A stretch of DNA of 64,000 nt, taken from NCBI GenBank assembly GCA_964635575.1, contig CAZWNY010000003.1:165-64164 (forward strand), read 5' to 3'. Shown here in pieces: positions 20,662 to 30,673 of the stretch. Within the stretch, counting starts at the first letter, position 1; each line of letters begins with the position of its first letter. The position numbers and the translations under genes were made by a program. The stretch comes from an uncultured Kordia sp. (GTDB lineage: Bacteria; Bacteroidota; Bacteroidia; Flavobacteriales; Flavobacteriaceae). The notes under the pieces were generated by a model that ran no database searches, was not told the DNA's origin, and was given only the letters and a program-made list of their open reading frames with translations.

Positions 20662-22608
20662 TTATTGAATTTCTTTTTGCAAAGATATTGCAAATTTTTT
20701 AAATCGCCAATTATGATGATGTGTTGCTTTTTCTAAATTTTTTAAAATTTCTGTATTGGTGAATTTTATTATTTTCAAACTATTAAATGCATTTTTACGA
20801 ACTTCAAAATGATGTTTTTCAGCGGTATAACTAATTAATTCATTTAAATGATTTGACATTAATTTCTTTTTGTAATTCTCTGTTAATAATGCTAGTGTCA
20901 ACCATAATGTTCGTATGTTTTTATCGTTAAATCCATTTATTTGTTTTGTTTTATCTAAATATTGTTTTCTTTTTTCAGGAAACTGAATCCATAATTTAAA
21001 TAGTGCATTTTCTATAGTTTTATATGATTTGTCGTTTAAAAGCGATTCGAAATTGGATTGTAATTTCAATGGGATTTCATCTATAATTTCAGATAGGGTT
21101 TGACGTACTTTTAAATCTTCTGTTTTAAATGCTTTTTTATATGTTTTAATTTTATCATCGATATTAATTTTAGTGCTTGATGCTATATTTTTTAATGTTT
21201 CTATTTGTAAATATACATTGTTTTTTTTACAATATTTTACAGGTTTTTGTAGTATTTTTTTAAGTGTTTTATTTTTTTGCAATGCTAATTTTGCTGTTGC
21301 ATACGGAAATATTTCTGAGTGCAACCAAATGTTTTCAAACGTTAATAAGTTTTTTTCTGTATTTTTGTTAACCACATTCATAAAGTCGGATGTATTTACA
21401 GTTTTAAATTGATTTTTTTTTAAATACTGTTGTACGCTTTTTTTGAACGCCTTCTCTCCTATTTTTTCTTTTAAAACATGCAACGCCCAAGCCCCTTTTT
21501 GGTAAAACACCAAACTACTTGCCTTTGGGTTTAATAATTTTGTATTTTTAACGTCTTTTAATTGTTTTGCCGATTGGTACAATTTATAATAATAATATTC
21601 ATCTCCAAATAGTTTTTTTTCGACTAATAGTGCGTAATACGTTGCAAAACCCTCTTGTAGCCAATGATGTTTGCTTGATGTTGCAGTTACTAAATTTCCG
21701 AACCATTGATGCGCTAGTTCGTGTGCATTTACACCTATATAATTTTGATCATTAAAGGCTATATCATCTACTAAAAAAATATCTGAAAAAATTGTAGTTC
21801 CTGTGTTTTCCATTCCGGCATATAAAAAATCTTTTACGGGTATTTGCTTGTAATTTTGCCACGGATATGGAATGCCTATTTCGGATTCTAAAAAATTAAA
21901 TATTTTTGTAGTATTTTTATATGTGTTTTCAAAATTAGTTTCTTTTTTGGGATAATAATACATTTCTAATGGTACGCCTGATTTTGATTTTACTACTTTT
22001 TTGTCGTACTCTCCTATTACAAAGGCAACTAAATAGCTGCTCATTGGTTGCTCCATATTATATTGCCATTTTATAAAATTATCGGCTACAATTTCTTTTC
22101 CAATCAACTTTCCGTTGGCAATTACTACATTGTTTTTGGGTGCTAAAATGGTTAAATCAAATTCTATTTTATCATTTACATCATCTATGCTTGGCAACCA
22201 ATTTGATGTGTGTTTTCCTTGTCCTTGTGTCCACACTTGTGTGTGTTTTTTATCGTAACCTGGTATAAAATAGAGTGCTTTTTTTGGTGTAGCTTCATAT
22301 AAAACATGTAACACATTTTTTTTTGAAGGTAAAAAAGTTTTTAACAACCATAATTTATTATCCTTTATAGTATAAGTGATTTTTTTATTATTGATACTCA
22401 CAAAAATTGGTCGCACTCCTTTTTTGCTATCTAAAAAGATAGAATCTGTTTTTTTAAGAATATTAAACGTATAGTTTACGGTACCTTTAATTTTTTGTTT
22501 GTTTGGATAAACTTGTATTTGCACGGTTGCATTAATAAAATTTACGGTTTCTAGTTGTTGCCCGAAACTGAAACTACAAAATAGCAATAAATAGAAAATT
22601 TTTTTCAT
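20662..22608 (-). CDS. M1 family metallopeptidase (aminopeptidase N-like), secreted
   Basis: HELAHQWFGNLVT zinc motif, WLQEGFATY, and GAMEN-like AGMENTG. The preferred start is the ATG at 22608 (MKKIFYLLLFCSFSFG signal peptide). The track ORF extends to 22647. Confidence 0.85.
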   Translation of the reverse strand: MKKIFYLLLFCSFSFGQQLETVNFINATVQIQVYPNKQKIKGTVNYTFNILKKTDSIFLDSKKGVRPIFVSINNKKITYTIKDNKLWLLKTFLPSKKNVLHVLYEATPKKALYFIPGYDKKHTQVWTQGQGKHTSNWLPSIDDVNDKIEFDLTILAPKNNVVIANGKLIGKEIVADNFIKWQYNMEQPMSSYLVAFVIGEYDKKVVKSKSGVPLEMYYYPKKETNFENTYKNTTKIFNFLESEIGIPYPWQNYKQIPVKDFLYAGMENTGTTIFSDIFLVDDIAFNDQNYIGVNAHELAHQWFGNLVTATSSKHHWLQEGFATYYALLVEKKLFGDEYYYYKLYQSAKQLKDVKNTKLLNPKASSLVFYQKGAWALHVLKEKIGEKAFKKSVQQYLKKNQFKTVNTSDFMNVVNKNTEKNLLTFENIWLHSEIFPYATAKLALQKNKTLKKILQKPVKYCKKNNVYLQIETLKNIASSTKINIDDKIKTYKKAFKTEDLKVRQTLSEIIDEIPLKLQSNFESLLNDKSYKTIENALFKLWIQFPEKRKQYLDKTKQINGFNDKNIRTLWLTLALLTENYKKKLMSNHLNELISYTAEKHHFEVRKNAFNSLKIIKFTNTEILKNLEKATHHHNWRFKKFAISLQKEIQ

Positions 22609-22656
22609 ATTAAAATTATTTATCCTTAATAATATACTAAAATACAAAATAAGTTT

Positions 22657-24834
22657 TTGAATCTTAATATTTTTAGTATTTTAGTACTATCAAAAAATTA
22701 TTATATTGTGAACATTTTACAAACTCCTATAGACTATTTAAAAGGTGTTGGACCAAATCGTGCTGATCTACTCAAAAAAGAATTGGGATTATTTACTTAT
22801 CAGGATGTATTAAATTTATTTCCGAACAGGTATTTAGATAAAACACAGTATTACAAAATAAATCAATTACAACGTAATGCTGCCGAAGTACAAATTGTAG
22901 GTAAAATTGTACATCTAAAAATGGTAGAACAAAAACAAGGAAAACGTTTAGTTGCCCAATTTATTGATGACACAGGAACAATAGATTTGGTTTGGTTTAA
23001 AGGGCATAAATGGGTTAAAGAAAGTATTAAACTAAATACACCATATGTAATTTTCGGGAAATGTAATTGGTATAACGGTTTTTCGATTCCACATCCAGAA
23101 ATTGAACTACTTACGGAGCATAAATTAAATAAAAAAATAGCAATGCAAGCTATTTATCCTGCTACCGAAAAACTGACCGCAAGAGGCATCTCAAACAAAA
23201 TAAAAACAAAGATAATAAGGAGTGTTTTTGATGCGACCAACGGAAAATTTCAAGAAACTTTATCGGAAACAATACTAAAAGAGCTTAATTTAATATCCAA
23301 AACAGAAGCAATACATAATATTCATTTTCCGCAAAGCGCAACGTTATTGACTAAATCGGAGTTTAGATTAAAATTTGAGGAATTATTTTATATACAATTA
23401 CAGTTGGTTCACAAAAATTTAACTCGAAAACAAAAAATTAAAGGACATAATTTTAATCAAGTAGGTGCTATTTTTAACGAATTTTATAAAAACCATTTAC
23501 CTTTTGAGTTAACTAATGCTCAAAAACGAGTGCTTAAAGAAATTCGGAGCGATTTAGGTAGCAATGCACAAATGAATAGATTGCTACAAGGTGATGTTGG
23601 CTCAGGAAAAACCATAGTTGCTTTAATGAGTATTTTACTTGCGAAAGATAATGGTTATCAGTCATGCTTAGTGGCGCCAACTTCTATTTTAGTACAACAA
23701 CATTATATCGGCTTACAAAAATTAGTTGCCGATTTAGGTGTTAATATTAAACTATTAACAGGAAACACTAAAACTGCGGAAAGACGCAACATACATAAGG
23801 CGTTAGAAAACGGAGAAATTGACTTGTTAATTGGTACACATGCTATTTTAGAAGACAAAGTACAGTTTAAAAACCTCGGTTTAGCAATTATTGATGAGCA
23901 ACATCGGTTTGGTGTTGCCCAACGCGCAAAATTATGGAAAAAAGGAAGCTCATCATCCGGGGAAACTGGAAAAGCAATTGTCCCGCCACATATTTTAGTA
24001 ATGACTGCTACACCAATACCACGTACTTTAGCAATGAGTTTATATGGTGATTTAGATATTTCGATAATTGATGAGTTGCCTCCAGGACGTAAACCTATAA
24101 AAACAGTACATCGGTTTGATAGTAACCGCTTAAGGGTATTTCATTTTATACGAGAAGAAATTAAAAAAGGACGACAAATTTACATTGTATATCCATTAAT
24201 TCAAGAATCTGAAACAATGGATTATAAAGATTTAATGGATGGTTTTGAAGGTATTTCTCGTGATTTTCCGACTCCCGAATATCAGGTTTCTATTGTTCAT
24301 GGACAAATGAAACCTGAAGATAAAGAGTACGAAATGCAACGTTTCATAAAAAAGGAAACTCAAATTATGGTAGCTACAACCGTTATAGAAGTTGGTGTAA
24401 ATATACCCAATGCTTCGGTTATGATTATTGAAAGCGCTGAACGTTTTGGTTTATCGCAATTACATCAATTACGTGGTAGAGTTGGTAGAGGTGCCGAACA
24501 AAGTTTTTGTATTTTAATGACGGGCTATAAGCTTTCTGAAGATGCCAAGGTTCGTTTAAACACAATGGTCCGTTCTAATGATGGTTTTGAATTGGCTGAA
24601 GTAGATTTAAAACTTCGAGGTCCTGGTGATTTAATGGGTACGCAACAAAGCGGTGTTTTAAATTTAAAAATTGCTGATATTATTAAAGACAACGACATCT
24701 TAAAGCTTGCTCGCAGTTATGCTTTTAACGTTTTAAAAAACGACCCTAATTTAACGAATCCAAAAAATAAGGTTATTAATTATACCTATCAACTTTTAGG
24801 AAAACATAAGAATATTTGGAATTACATTAGCTAA
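22657..24834 (+). CDS. recG: ATP-dependent DNA helicase RecG
   Basis: Wedge/OB N-domain and the SF2 motifs GDVGSGKT, DEQHRFGV, TATPIPRT and QLHQLRGRVGRG. The real start may be the in-frame GTG at 22708 (VNILQTPIDYLKGVGP). Confidence 0.95.
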   Translation: MNLNIFSILVLSKNYYIVNILQTPIDYLKGVGPNRADLLKKELGLFTYQDVLNLFPNRYLDKTQYYKINQLQRNAAEVQIVGKIVHLKMVEQKQGKRLVAQFIDDTGTIDLVWFKGHKWVKESIKLNTPYVIFGKCNWYNGFSIPHPEIELLTEHKLNKKIAMQAIYPATEKLTARGISNKIKTKIIRSVFDATNGKFQETLSETILKELNLISKTEAIHNIHFPQSATLLTKSEFRLKFEELFYIQLQLVHKNLTRKQKIKGHNFNQVGAIFNEFYKNHLPFELTNAQKRVLKEIRSDLGSNAQMNRLLQGDVGSGKTIVALMSILLAKDNGYQSCLVAPTSILVQQHYIGLQKLVADLGVNIKLLTGNTKTAERRNIHKALENGEIDLLIGTHAILEDKVQFKNLGLAIIDEQHRFGVAQRAKLWKKGSSSSGETGKAIVPPHILVMTATPIPRTLAMSLYGDLDISIIDELPPGRKPIKTVHRFDSNRLRVFHFIREEIKKGRQIYIVYPLIQESETMDYKDLMDGFEGISRDFPTPEYQVSIVHGQMKPEDKEYEMQRFIKKETQIMVATTVIEVGVNIPNASVMIIESAERFGLSQLHQLRGRVGRGAEQSFCILMTGYKLSEDAKVRLNTMVRSNDGFELAEVDLKLRGPGDLMGTQQSGVLNLKIADIIKDNDILKLARSYAFNVLKNDPNLTNPKNKVINYTYQLLGKHKNIWNYIS

Positions 24835-24887
24835 TTTAGTTTAAAGCAGATGGTTTTACATAAACTTAAAGCCGTAACAAAAACAAC

Positions 24888-25265
24888 CTATATTTCATCA
24901 AAACTTACATCCGTAAATTTGCTTGGACTTTCAGTTTCAGGAGTTTCTTTAGGTGTGTTGTATTCTTTTATATAATCTTTTTGATGGCGTTCAGAAATTA
25001 CTTCTTCACCTTTTTCATTTACAATGTAGGCCGTCATTTCATTTACAATTTCATTAAACTCGGTAAAGTCTTCTTTGTATAAATAAATTTTATGTTTTTT
25101 ATAATGAAAAGATCCATCATCGTTTGTGAATTTTTTACTTTCTGTTATTGTTAAATAATAATCTCCTGCTTTTGTAGATCTTACATCAAAAAAATACGTT
25201 CTTCTTCCTGCTCTTAATATTTTAGAAAATATTTCCTCTTTTTCTAAATACTCTTTTTCACTCAT
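24888..25265 (-). CDS. DUF3276 (PUR-alpha-like) nucleic-acid-binding protein
   Basis: 125 aa. RAGRRTYFFDVRSTKAGDYYLTITESKK is the hallmark of Bacteroidota DUF3276 proteins. Confidence 0.65.
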   Translation of the reverse strand: MSEKEYLEKEEIFSKILRAGRRTYFFDVRSTKAGDYYLTITESKKFTNDDGSFHYKKHKIYLYKEDFTEFNEIVNEMTAYIVNEKGEEVISERHQKDYIKEYNTPKETPETESPSKFTDVSFDEI

Positions 25266-25352
25266 AATATTTTAATTTACAAAACAATTTATATTCGCTT
25301 TACGTTTTTTTTCAAAAGTCATAAAAATAATAGAGATTACCAAATATTTTAA

Positions 25353-27107
25353 CTAGGTTTTTTCACTCAGTTGTCTTTTATATAGCTCTTTGTAGTATCC
25401 TTCTGTTGTTATTAACTCTTTATGTGTGCCTATTTGTATAATATTCCCGTTTTGCAAAACAATAATTTTTTCTGCATTTTTAGCCGATGATACTCTATGA
25501 GTAACAATAATAACTGTTTTTGTAGCGGTTTGTTTTTTTAAATTGCTCAAAATCCCTTCTTCTGTTTTGGTATCTACCGCAGATAGGCAATCGTCAAACA
25601 ATAAAATATCGGGATTTTTAATTAATGCTCTAGCTATAGAAACTCGTTGTTTCTGACCTCCAGATAAAGTAATACCTCTTTCGCCTAAAACCGTTTTATA
25701 TTGCGCTGTAAAATCCATTATATTTTTGTGTACTACTGCATTTTTTGCTGCGGTTATTATTGCTTGTTCGGAAGCATCTTTTTTACCAAATTTAATATTA
25801 TCGCTTATACTTTCCGAAAACAAAAACGGATCTTGCGGAACAATACCTATATTTTTTCTTAGCAGTTGTAAATTATGCTTTTTTACGTTTTTATCCCCTA
25901 CAATAACTTCCCCTAAAGTAGTATCATATAAACGAGTAATTAAATTTAATAAGGTCGATTTCCCTGAACCTGTTTTCCCTATTATAGCAACGGTTTCGTT
26001 TTCTTTTACCTTAAATGAGATGTTTTTTAACGCCTCTACATTAGTATCTTTATAAGTAAAACTTACGTTTTTAAACTCAATACTATTTTTAAACATATAT
26101 GTGTTGGTATTGGTGTTTATAATATCTGGTATTATTTTTAAAAACTCATTAATTCGTTTTTGAGATGCTTCTGCTTGTTGTACCATTGAGGTTACCCAAC
26201 CTACTGTTGCTACTGGCCAAGTTAACATATTTACATATAAAATAAATTCGATTAGTGTACCGATGGTTTTAATTTCACCGTTTACATATTGCATTCCGCC
26301 TACATAAATTACTAAAACATTACTGAGTCCTATTAATAATATCATAAACGGAAAAAACCATGCTTGTACTTTTACCAAGCTCATATTTTTATTTTTACTG
26401 TCTTCCGATAAGATTTTAAATTTTTGAGTTACATCGGCTGTAATTTCGTATGCTTTTATTACTGATATTCCTGAAAAAGATTCTTGTGTAAATATGGTTA
26501 ATTTTGATAAATACTCTTGCACAACAGTGCTTCTTAAATGTATTTTTTTGCTTAATTTATAGATCGAAATCGATAAAAACGGTAACGGAATTAAAGTATA
26601 CATAGCTAGTTTAGGTGCTGTATTTACCATTAACGGTATTACAATAATAAATAAGGTTATGGTGTTAATACTGTACATTAATGCGGGACCAAAATACATC
26701 CGAACTTTTCCAACGTCTTCACTAATCCTATTCATTAAATCGCCTGTTCTGTTTTGTTTATAGAAACTTTGCGACAAACGTTCATATTGCTTAAAAATGT
26801 CATTTTTTAAATCAAACTCTATTAAACGAGACATTACAATTAAGGTTTGACGCATTAAAAATGTAAAGAATGCTCCGATTATTGTAGTTCCCAATATTAA
26901 ATATATGTACTGCAATATGTCATCTTTAAACACCGATACGTTTGTGCTTTTCTGTAATACATACGCTTCAATTACACTAATTGCATTACCTGTAAAACGA
27001 GGTGTAAACACGATAAAAACGCGAGCTACAATTGTAATTAAAATACCTAATAATAGTCGGTATTTATATTTAAAAAAGTAGGTGTTTAAGTATTTGAGTT
27101 CCTTCAT
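25353..27107 (-). CDS. ABC transporter, fused permease/ATP-binding (MsbA/exporter type)
   Basis: 584 aa with six N-terminal TM helices, Walker A GKTGSGKST, signature LSGGQKQRVSIARAL and Walker B ILLFDD. Confidence 0.9.
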   Translation of the reverse strand: MKELKYLNTYFFKYKYRLLLGILITIVARVFIVFTPRFTGNAISVIEAYVLQKSTNVSVFKDDILQYIYLILGTTIIGAFFTFLMRQTLIVMSRLIEFDLKNDIFKQYERLSQSFYKQNRTGDLMNRISEDVGKVRMYFGPALMYSINTITLFIIVIPLMVNTAPKLAMYTLIPLPFLSISIYKLSKKIHLRSTVVQEYLSKLTIFTQESFSGISVIKAYEITADVTQKFKILSEDSKNKNMSLVKVQAWFFPFMILLIGLSNVLVIYVGGMQYVNGEIKTIGTLIEFILYVNMLTWPVATVGWVTSMVQQAEASQKRINEFLKIIPDIINTNTNTYMFKNSIEFKNVSFTYKDTNVEALKNISFKVKENETVAIIGKTGSGKSTLLNLITRLYDTTLGEVIVGDKNVKKHNLQLLRKNIGIVPQDPFLFSESISDNIKFGKKDASEQAIITAAKNAVVHKNIMDFTAQYKTVLGERGITLSGGQKQRVSIARALIKNPDILLFDDCLSAVDTKTEEGILSNLKKQTATKTVIIVTHRVSSAKNAEKIIVLQNGNIIQIGTHKELITTEGYYKELYKRQLSEKT

Positions 27108-27151
27108 GATATTTAAATTTGCAAAAAAAACACACTTTTAATCTTCTTTTA

Positions 27152-27182
27152 TTGCTCATCTTTTAATAATCTCCTATTTTTG
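27152..27182 (+). promoter_or_regulatory. Candidate Bacteroidota promoter of the Leu/Val dehydrogenase gene
   Basis: TTG at 27152-27154 and an exact TATTTTTG (-7 box, TAnnTTTG) at 27175-27182, with a 20-nt spacer. It lies about 48 nt upstream of the ATG at 27230. Confidence 0.4.
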
Positions 27183-27229
27183 TAACCTCAAATTTAAAAT
27201 TACTAACTTTTTAGTATAAAAATATTAAT

Positions 27230-28333
27230 ATGACATCAGAAATAATAAATGTAAAAGATTTGCCAAAGGTAGATCCTGTTTTCGGACAATTATCATTCCA
27301 AAATCATGAACAAATTGTTTTTTGTAACGACAAAGATACTGGTTTAAAAGCAATAATAGGAATACATAATACAATTTTAGGTCCTGCACTTGGCGGCACA
27401 CGTATGTGGCAATATGCGAATGAATGGGAAGCTCTTAATGATGTGTTGCGTTTGTCTCGTGGAATGACCTATAAATCTGCCATTGCAGGTTTAAATTTAG
27501 GTGGCGGAAAAGCCGTAATTATTGGAGATGCAAAAACACAAAAAACTCCTGAATTAATGAGGAAATTTGGAGAATTTGTACATCGTTTAAGTGGTAATTA
27601 TATTACTGCGGAAGATGTTGGAATGGAAACTTCTGACATGGACTTAGTGCGTGACGTTACACCGTATGTTACAGGTATTTCAGAAAGCAAAGGTGGTTCA
27701 GGAAACCCATCACCAATTACTGCATACGGAGTTTTTGTAGGCATGAAGGCTGCTGCAAAATTTAAATACGGCAGCGACGTTTTAGAAGATAAAACCATAA
27801 TTGTACAAGGTATCGGACATGTTGGCGAAAGTTTAGTAGAACATTTAACAGATGAAGGCGCAAAAGTAATTATTACCGATATTAACGAAGTTCGCTTACA
27901 GGAAGTAAGTGAAAAATACGGAGCAAAAATTTATAGAGGAAATGATTTATATAGCATAAAAGCAGATATTTATGCTCCTTGTGCTTTAGGCGCAACCATA
28001 AACGACAATACTATAAACTTATTAAATGTCGATATTATTGCAGGTGCGGCCAACAACCAATTAGCAAACGGCATAAAACATGGTAAAATTTTACAAGAAA
28101 AAGGAATTATTTATGCTCCCGATTTTGTAATTAATGCTGGTGGTATTATTAACGTATATGCTGAAATTGCAAACTATGATAAAACAGAAATTATGCGTAG
28201 AACAGAAAATATTTACAACACTACTCTAAATATTTTAAATACTGCAAAAACAAATGGAACAACAACTCATGAAGCTTCTATTTTAATTGCACAAGAAAAA
28301 ATTGACACAAGAAAAAAAGAAAATAAGAAGTAA
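27230..28333 (+). CDS. Leu/Phe/Val (branched-chain amino acid) dehydrogenase
   Basis: 367 aa of the Glu/Leu/Phe/Val dehydrogenase family. GLNLGGGKAVIIGD carries the catalytic Lys, and VQGIGHVG forms the Rossmann motif. Confidence 0.85.
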   Translation: MTSEIINVKDLPKVDPVFGQLSFQNHEQIVFCNDKDTGLKAIIGIHNTILGPALGGTRMWQYANEWEALNDVLRLSRGMTYKSAIAGLNLGGGKAVIIGDAKTQKTPELMRKFGEFVHRLSGNYITAEDVGMETSDMDLVRDVTPYVTGISESKGGSGNPSPITAYGVFVGMKAAAKFKYGSDVLEDKTIIVQGIGHVGESLVEHLTDEGAKVIITDINEVRLQEVSEKYGAKIYRGNDLYSIKADIYAPCALGATINDNTINLLNVDIIAGAANNQLANGIKHGKILQEKGIIYAPDFVINAGGIINVYAEIANYDKTEIMRRTENIYNTTLNILNTAKTNGTTTHEASILIAQEKIDTRKKENKK

Positions 28334-28361
28334 TTTTAAAAATATTACATTATTTTCGCAA

Positions 28362-28393
28362 AGCGAAAGACATATCGTTTTTTCGCTTTTTTT
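28362..28393 (+). terminator. Rho-independent terminator after the dehydrogenase gene
   Basis: agcgaaa ... tttcgct stem followed by T6. Confidence 0.55.
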
Positions 28394-28448
28394 AAACCTT
28401 ATGCAATCCTAAAATTTGCAAAAACATAAATCGTAAAGTTCTTATACA

Positions 28449-29381
28449 ATGCTAAACAGAAGACACATTCGCACCAAAGTAATGCAACAGCTTTTCGAAT
28501 TACAATTATCCGATAGTCAAGACTTAAATAGCGCTAATAAAAAACTAAATGAAAGTTTTAATAAAATGTACGACTTATACTTATTACAGTACCAGTTATT
28601 TAGCGTTTTACTAAAAAAAGCAAGAACTTTAGAGCTTGTTACACAAAAAAGCCTATTAACCGACAGTAAAAATAAAAACGTACACCGTTTAGCCAACAAT
28701 GTATATTTAAATCATATTGCAGCAAGCACTCAATTATCAGCACAAATAGAAGAACGAAAGCTAAATAATTGGGAACTTGACAACGAATATGCAACACTAT
28801 TTTTAAAAGAAATTTTAAAATCAAACTACTACCTCGAATATTTAGAAAAAGACAACACCTTTGAAAACGATAAAAAATTAATTATACTATTGTTTAAAAG
28901 AACCATCGCACCAAATGATAAATTATACTCCTATTATGAAGACGCTTGTATTAGTTGGACTGACGACTTACCTCACGTAAACACGACTATTTTAAAGGAA
29001 TTAAAAAAATTAGATTTAAAACTAGACCTTCGTTTATCTCATTTATTTAAAGAACAAGACGATCAAAAATTTGCCAAAAACCTATTAGAAAAAACAGTAT
29101 TAAATGATGATGAACTCATTAAATATGTAGATGATAAAACACCTAATTGGGACGCCGATAGAATTGCAAATACTGACTTTATTTTATTAAAAATGGGAAT
29201 TTGCGAAATTTTAAAATTTTCATCAATCCCTATAAAAGTAACTTTAAATGAATATATAGAAATTGCAAAAGAATATTCTACAAAAAAAAGCAGTACTTTT
29301 ATTAATGGTATTTTAGATAATTTAATAAAAGAATTTACAACTAACGGAAAATTACAAAAAATGGGTAGAGGATTATTGTAA
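28449..29381 (+). CDS. nusB: Transcription antitermination factor NusB (long Bacteroidota form)
   Basis: RRHIRTKVMQ.LF N-terminus and the C-terminal NusB core ...INEYIEIAKEYST.KSSTFINGILD. Confidence 0.75.
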   Translation: MLNRRHIRTKVMQQLFELQLSDSQDLNSANKKLNESFNKMYDLYLLQYQLFSVLLKKARTLELVTQKSLLTDSKNKNVHRLANNVYLNHIAASTQLSAQIEERKLNNWELDNEYATLFLKEILKSNYYLEYLEKDNTFENDKKLIILLFKRTIAPNDKLYSYYEDACISWTDDLPHVNTTILKELKKLDLKLDLRLSHLFKEQDDQKFAKNLLEKTVLNDDELIKYVDDKTPNWDADRIANTDFILLKMGICEILKFSSIPIKVTLNEYIEIAKEYSTKKSSTFINGILDNLIKEFTTNGKLQKMGRGLL

Positions 29382-29439
29382 TATCCATTTATTTACTTTA
29401 AATTTACACCTAATTATTTAATTAAAACAATCCAAAATA

Positions 29440-29934
29440 ATGAAAAATTTTAAAACAGTAGCTATTACGGCAATGTGTGTATTTGCACTCCTATCTTGTA
29501 AAAAAGAAAATGCAGTAGATAAAATTAATAAAGAAAACATAGAAAAAGCAGCAGTTAGAGATGAAAGTTCTGACAAATTTCCTGTAATGACGTTTGATAA
29601 AACAGAGCACGATTTCGGAACCATACAACAAGGAGAAATTGCTGAAACAACATTTAACTTTAAAAACACAGGAAACAAACCTTTAGTAATCGTAAATATT
29701 AAAGGAAGTTGTGGTTGCACCGTACCTAATGACTGGCCAAGAAATGCAATTTTACCAGGAGAATCTGGTAACTTTAGCGTTAAATTTAACTCAAAAGGAA
29801 GAAAAGGACAAAACAACAAATCTATTACCATTACTGCAAATACCGAAAAAGGTAGAGATGTTGTTAAAATTAAGGTAAATGTAAATGCTCCAGAAGGTGT
29901 TGCAATTGCTAAAAAACCTGTTGCAAAAAAATAA
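29440..29934 (+). CDS. DUF1573 domain-containing lipoprotein
   Basis: Lipobox LLSCKK. FDKTEHDFGTI.QGE...F.F.NTG..PL.I....GSCGCTVP is the DUF1573 signature. It is followed by yajC, as is typical. Confidence 0.8.
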   Translation: MKNFKTVAITAMCVFALLSCKKENAVDKINKENIEKAAVRDESSDKFPVMTFDKTEHDFGTIQQGEIAETTFNFKNTGNKPLVIVNIKGSCGCTVPNDWPRNAILPGESGNFSVKFNSKGRKGQNNKSITITANTEKGRDVVKIKVNVNAPEGVAIAKKPVAKK

Positions 29935-29936
29935 TC

Positions 29937-30212
29937 ATGGAAAACTTAACCCAATTTGCTCCGTTTATTTTAATGTTTGTAGTGCTTTATTTTTTCTTTT
30001 TAAGACCACAAATTAAAAAACAAAAACAAGAAGCTAACTTTGCAAACGAAATTAAAAAAGGAAACCGTGTAATTACAAAAAGCGGAATGCATGGTAAAAT
30101 TACAGAGATAAACGATAAAGATAACACTTGTGTTATTGAAACTGGTGCAGGTAAAATTAAATTTGAACGCTCTGCCCTATCGTTAGAGTTAAGTGCAAAA
30201 TTGAACAAGTAA
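29937..30212 (+). CDS. yajC: Preprotein translocase subunit YajC
   Basis: 91 aa with a single TM, then FFFLRPQ.K.QK and GD.V.T..G..G.I. Confidence 0.9.
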   Translation: MENLTQFAPFILMFVVLYFFFLRPQIKKQKQEANFANEIKKGNRVITKSGMHGKITEINDKDNTCVIETGAGKIKFERSALSLELSAKLNK

Positions 30213-30231
30213 TATCTTTTACATAATACAT

Positions 30232-30275
30232 AATAAATCCTCAAAAGTAAATAACTTTTGAGGATTTATTATTTG
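30232..30275 (+). terminator. Rho-independent terminator after yajC
   Basis: 16-17-bp stem aataaatcctcaaaagt / cttttgaggatttatt with a 6-nt loop and a T-rich tail. Confidence 0.7.
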
Positions 30276-30639
30276 AATAATGCATCTATTATGTACAATG
30301 ATATAAAATAATGTTGGTTTCTGCAAATCTACATTTCTTTAACATTCTCAATACGCTATAAATTGTATGTTTTAAAATTGATTTCTTTTATTTGTTTCTT
30401 ATAAATAATTATACTTTCGGATACCTCAGAGTAACCGAGTTTATGAACGAAGTTTATATTTCCAACAACCATTTAAACTCGTATTATTACAGATAATTTT
30501 AATATTTTTAAGTTTAAAATATTAAAATACAAAACGCTAATTATAGCGCATTCATTATTTAACACTATTTTTCACTCTAAACTTAGGTAATTTATTAAAA
30601 AAACTAACGCCTTGTGTTTTATAATTTTAAAGGGTTGTG

Positions 30640-30647
30640 TATATTTG
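30640..30647 (+). promoter_or_regulatory. Bacteroidota-type -7 box upstream of purB
   Basis: Exact TATATTTG (TAnnTTTG) 27 nt upstream of the ATG at 30674. Confidence 0.35.
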
Positions 30648-30673
30648 TTGCTTTAATAAAAACAAAAAATAGT

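Noticed and set aside
22609-22707. N-terminal extensions of the M1 peptidase (to 22647) and recG (from 22657) that would leave only 9 nt between divergent genes
   Set aside because: The peptidase has a canonical signal peptide starting at the ATG at 22608, and the RecG conserved N-terminus begins near the GTG at 22708. The extensions are AT-rich intergenic or promoter DNA read through.
29418-29831. 137-aa minus-strand ORF
   Set aside because: It is antisense to the DUF1573 gene, which has a clear signature (GSCGCT). It has no motif and is a shadow ORF.
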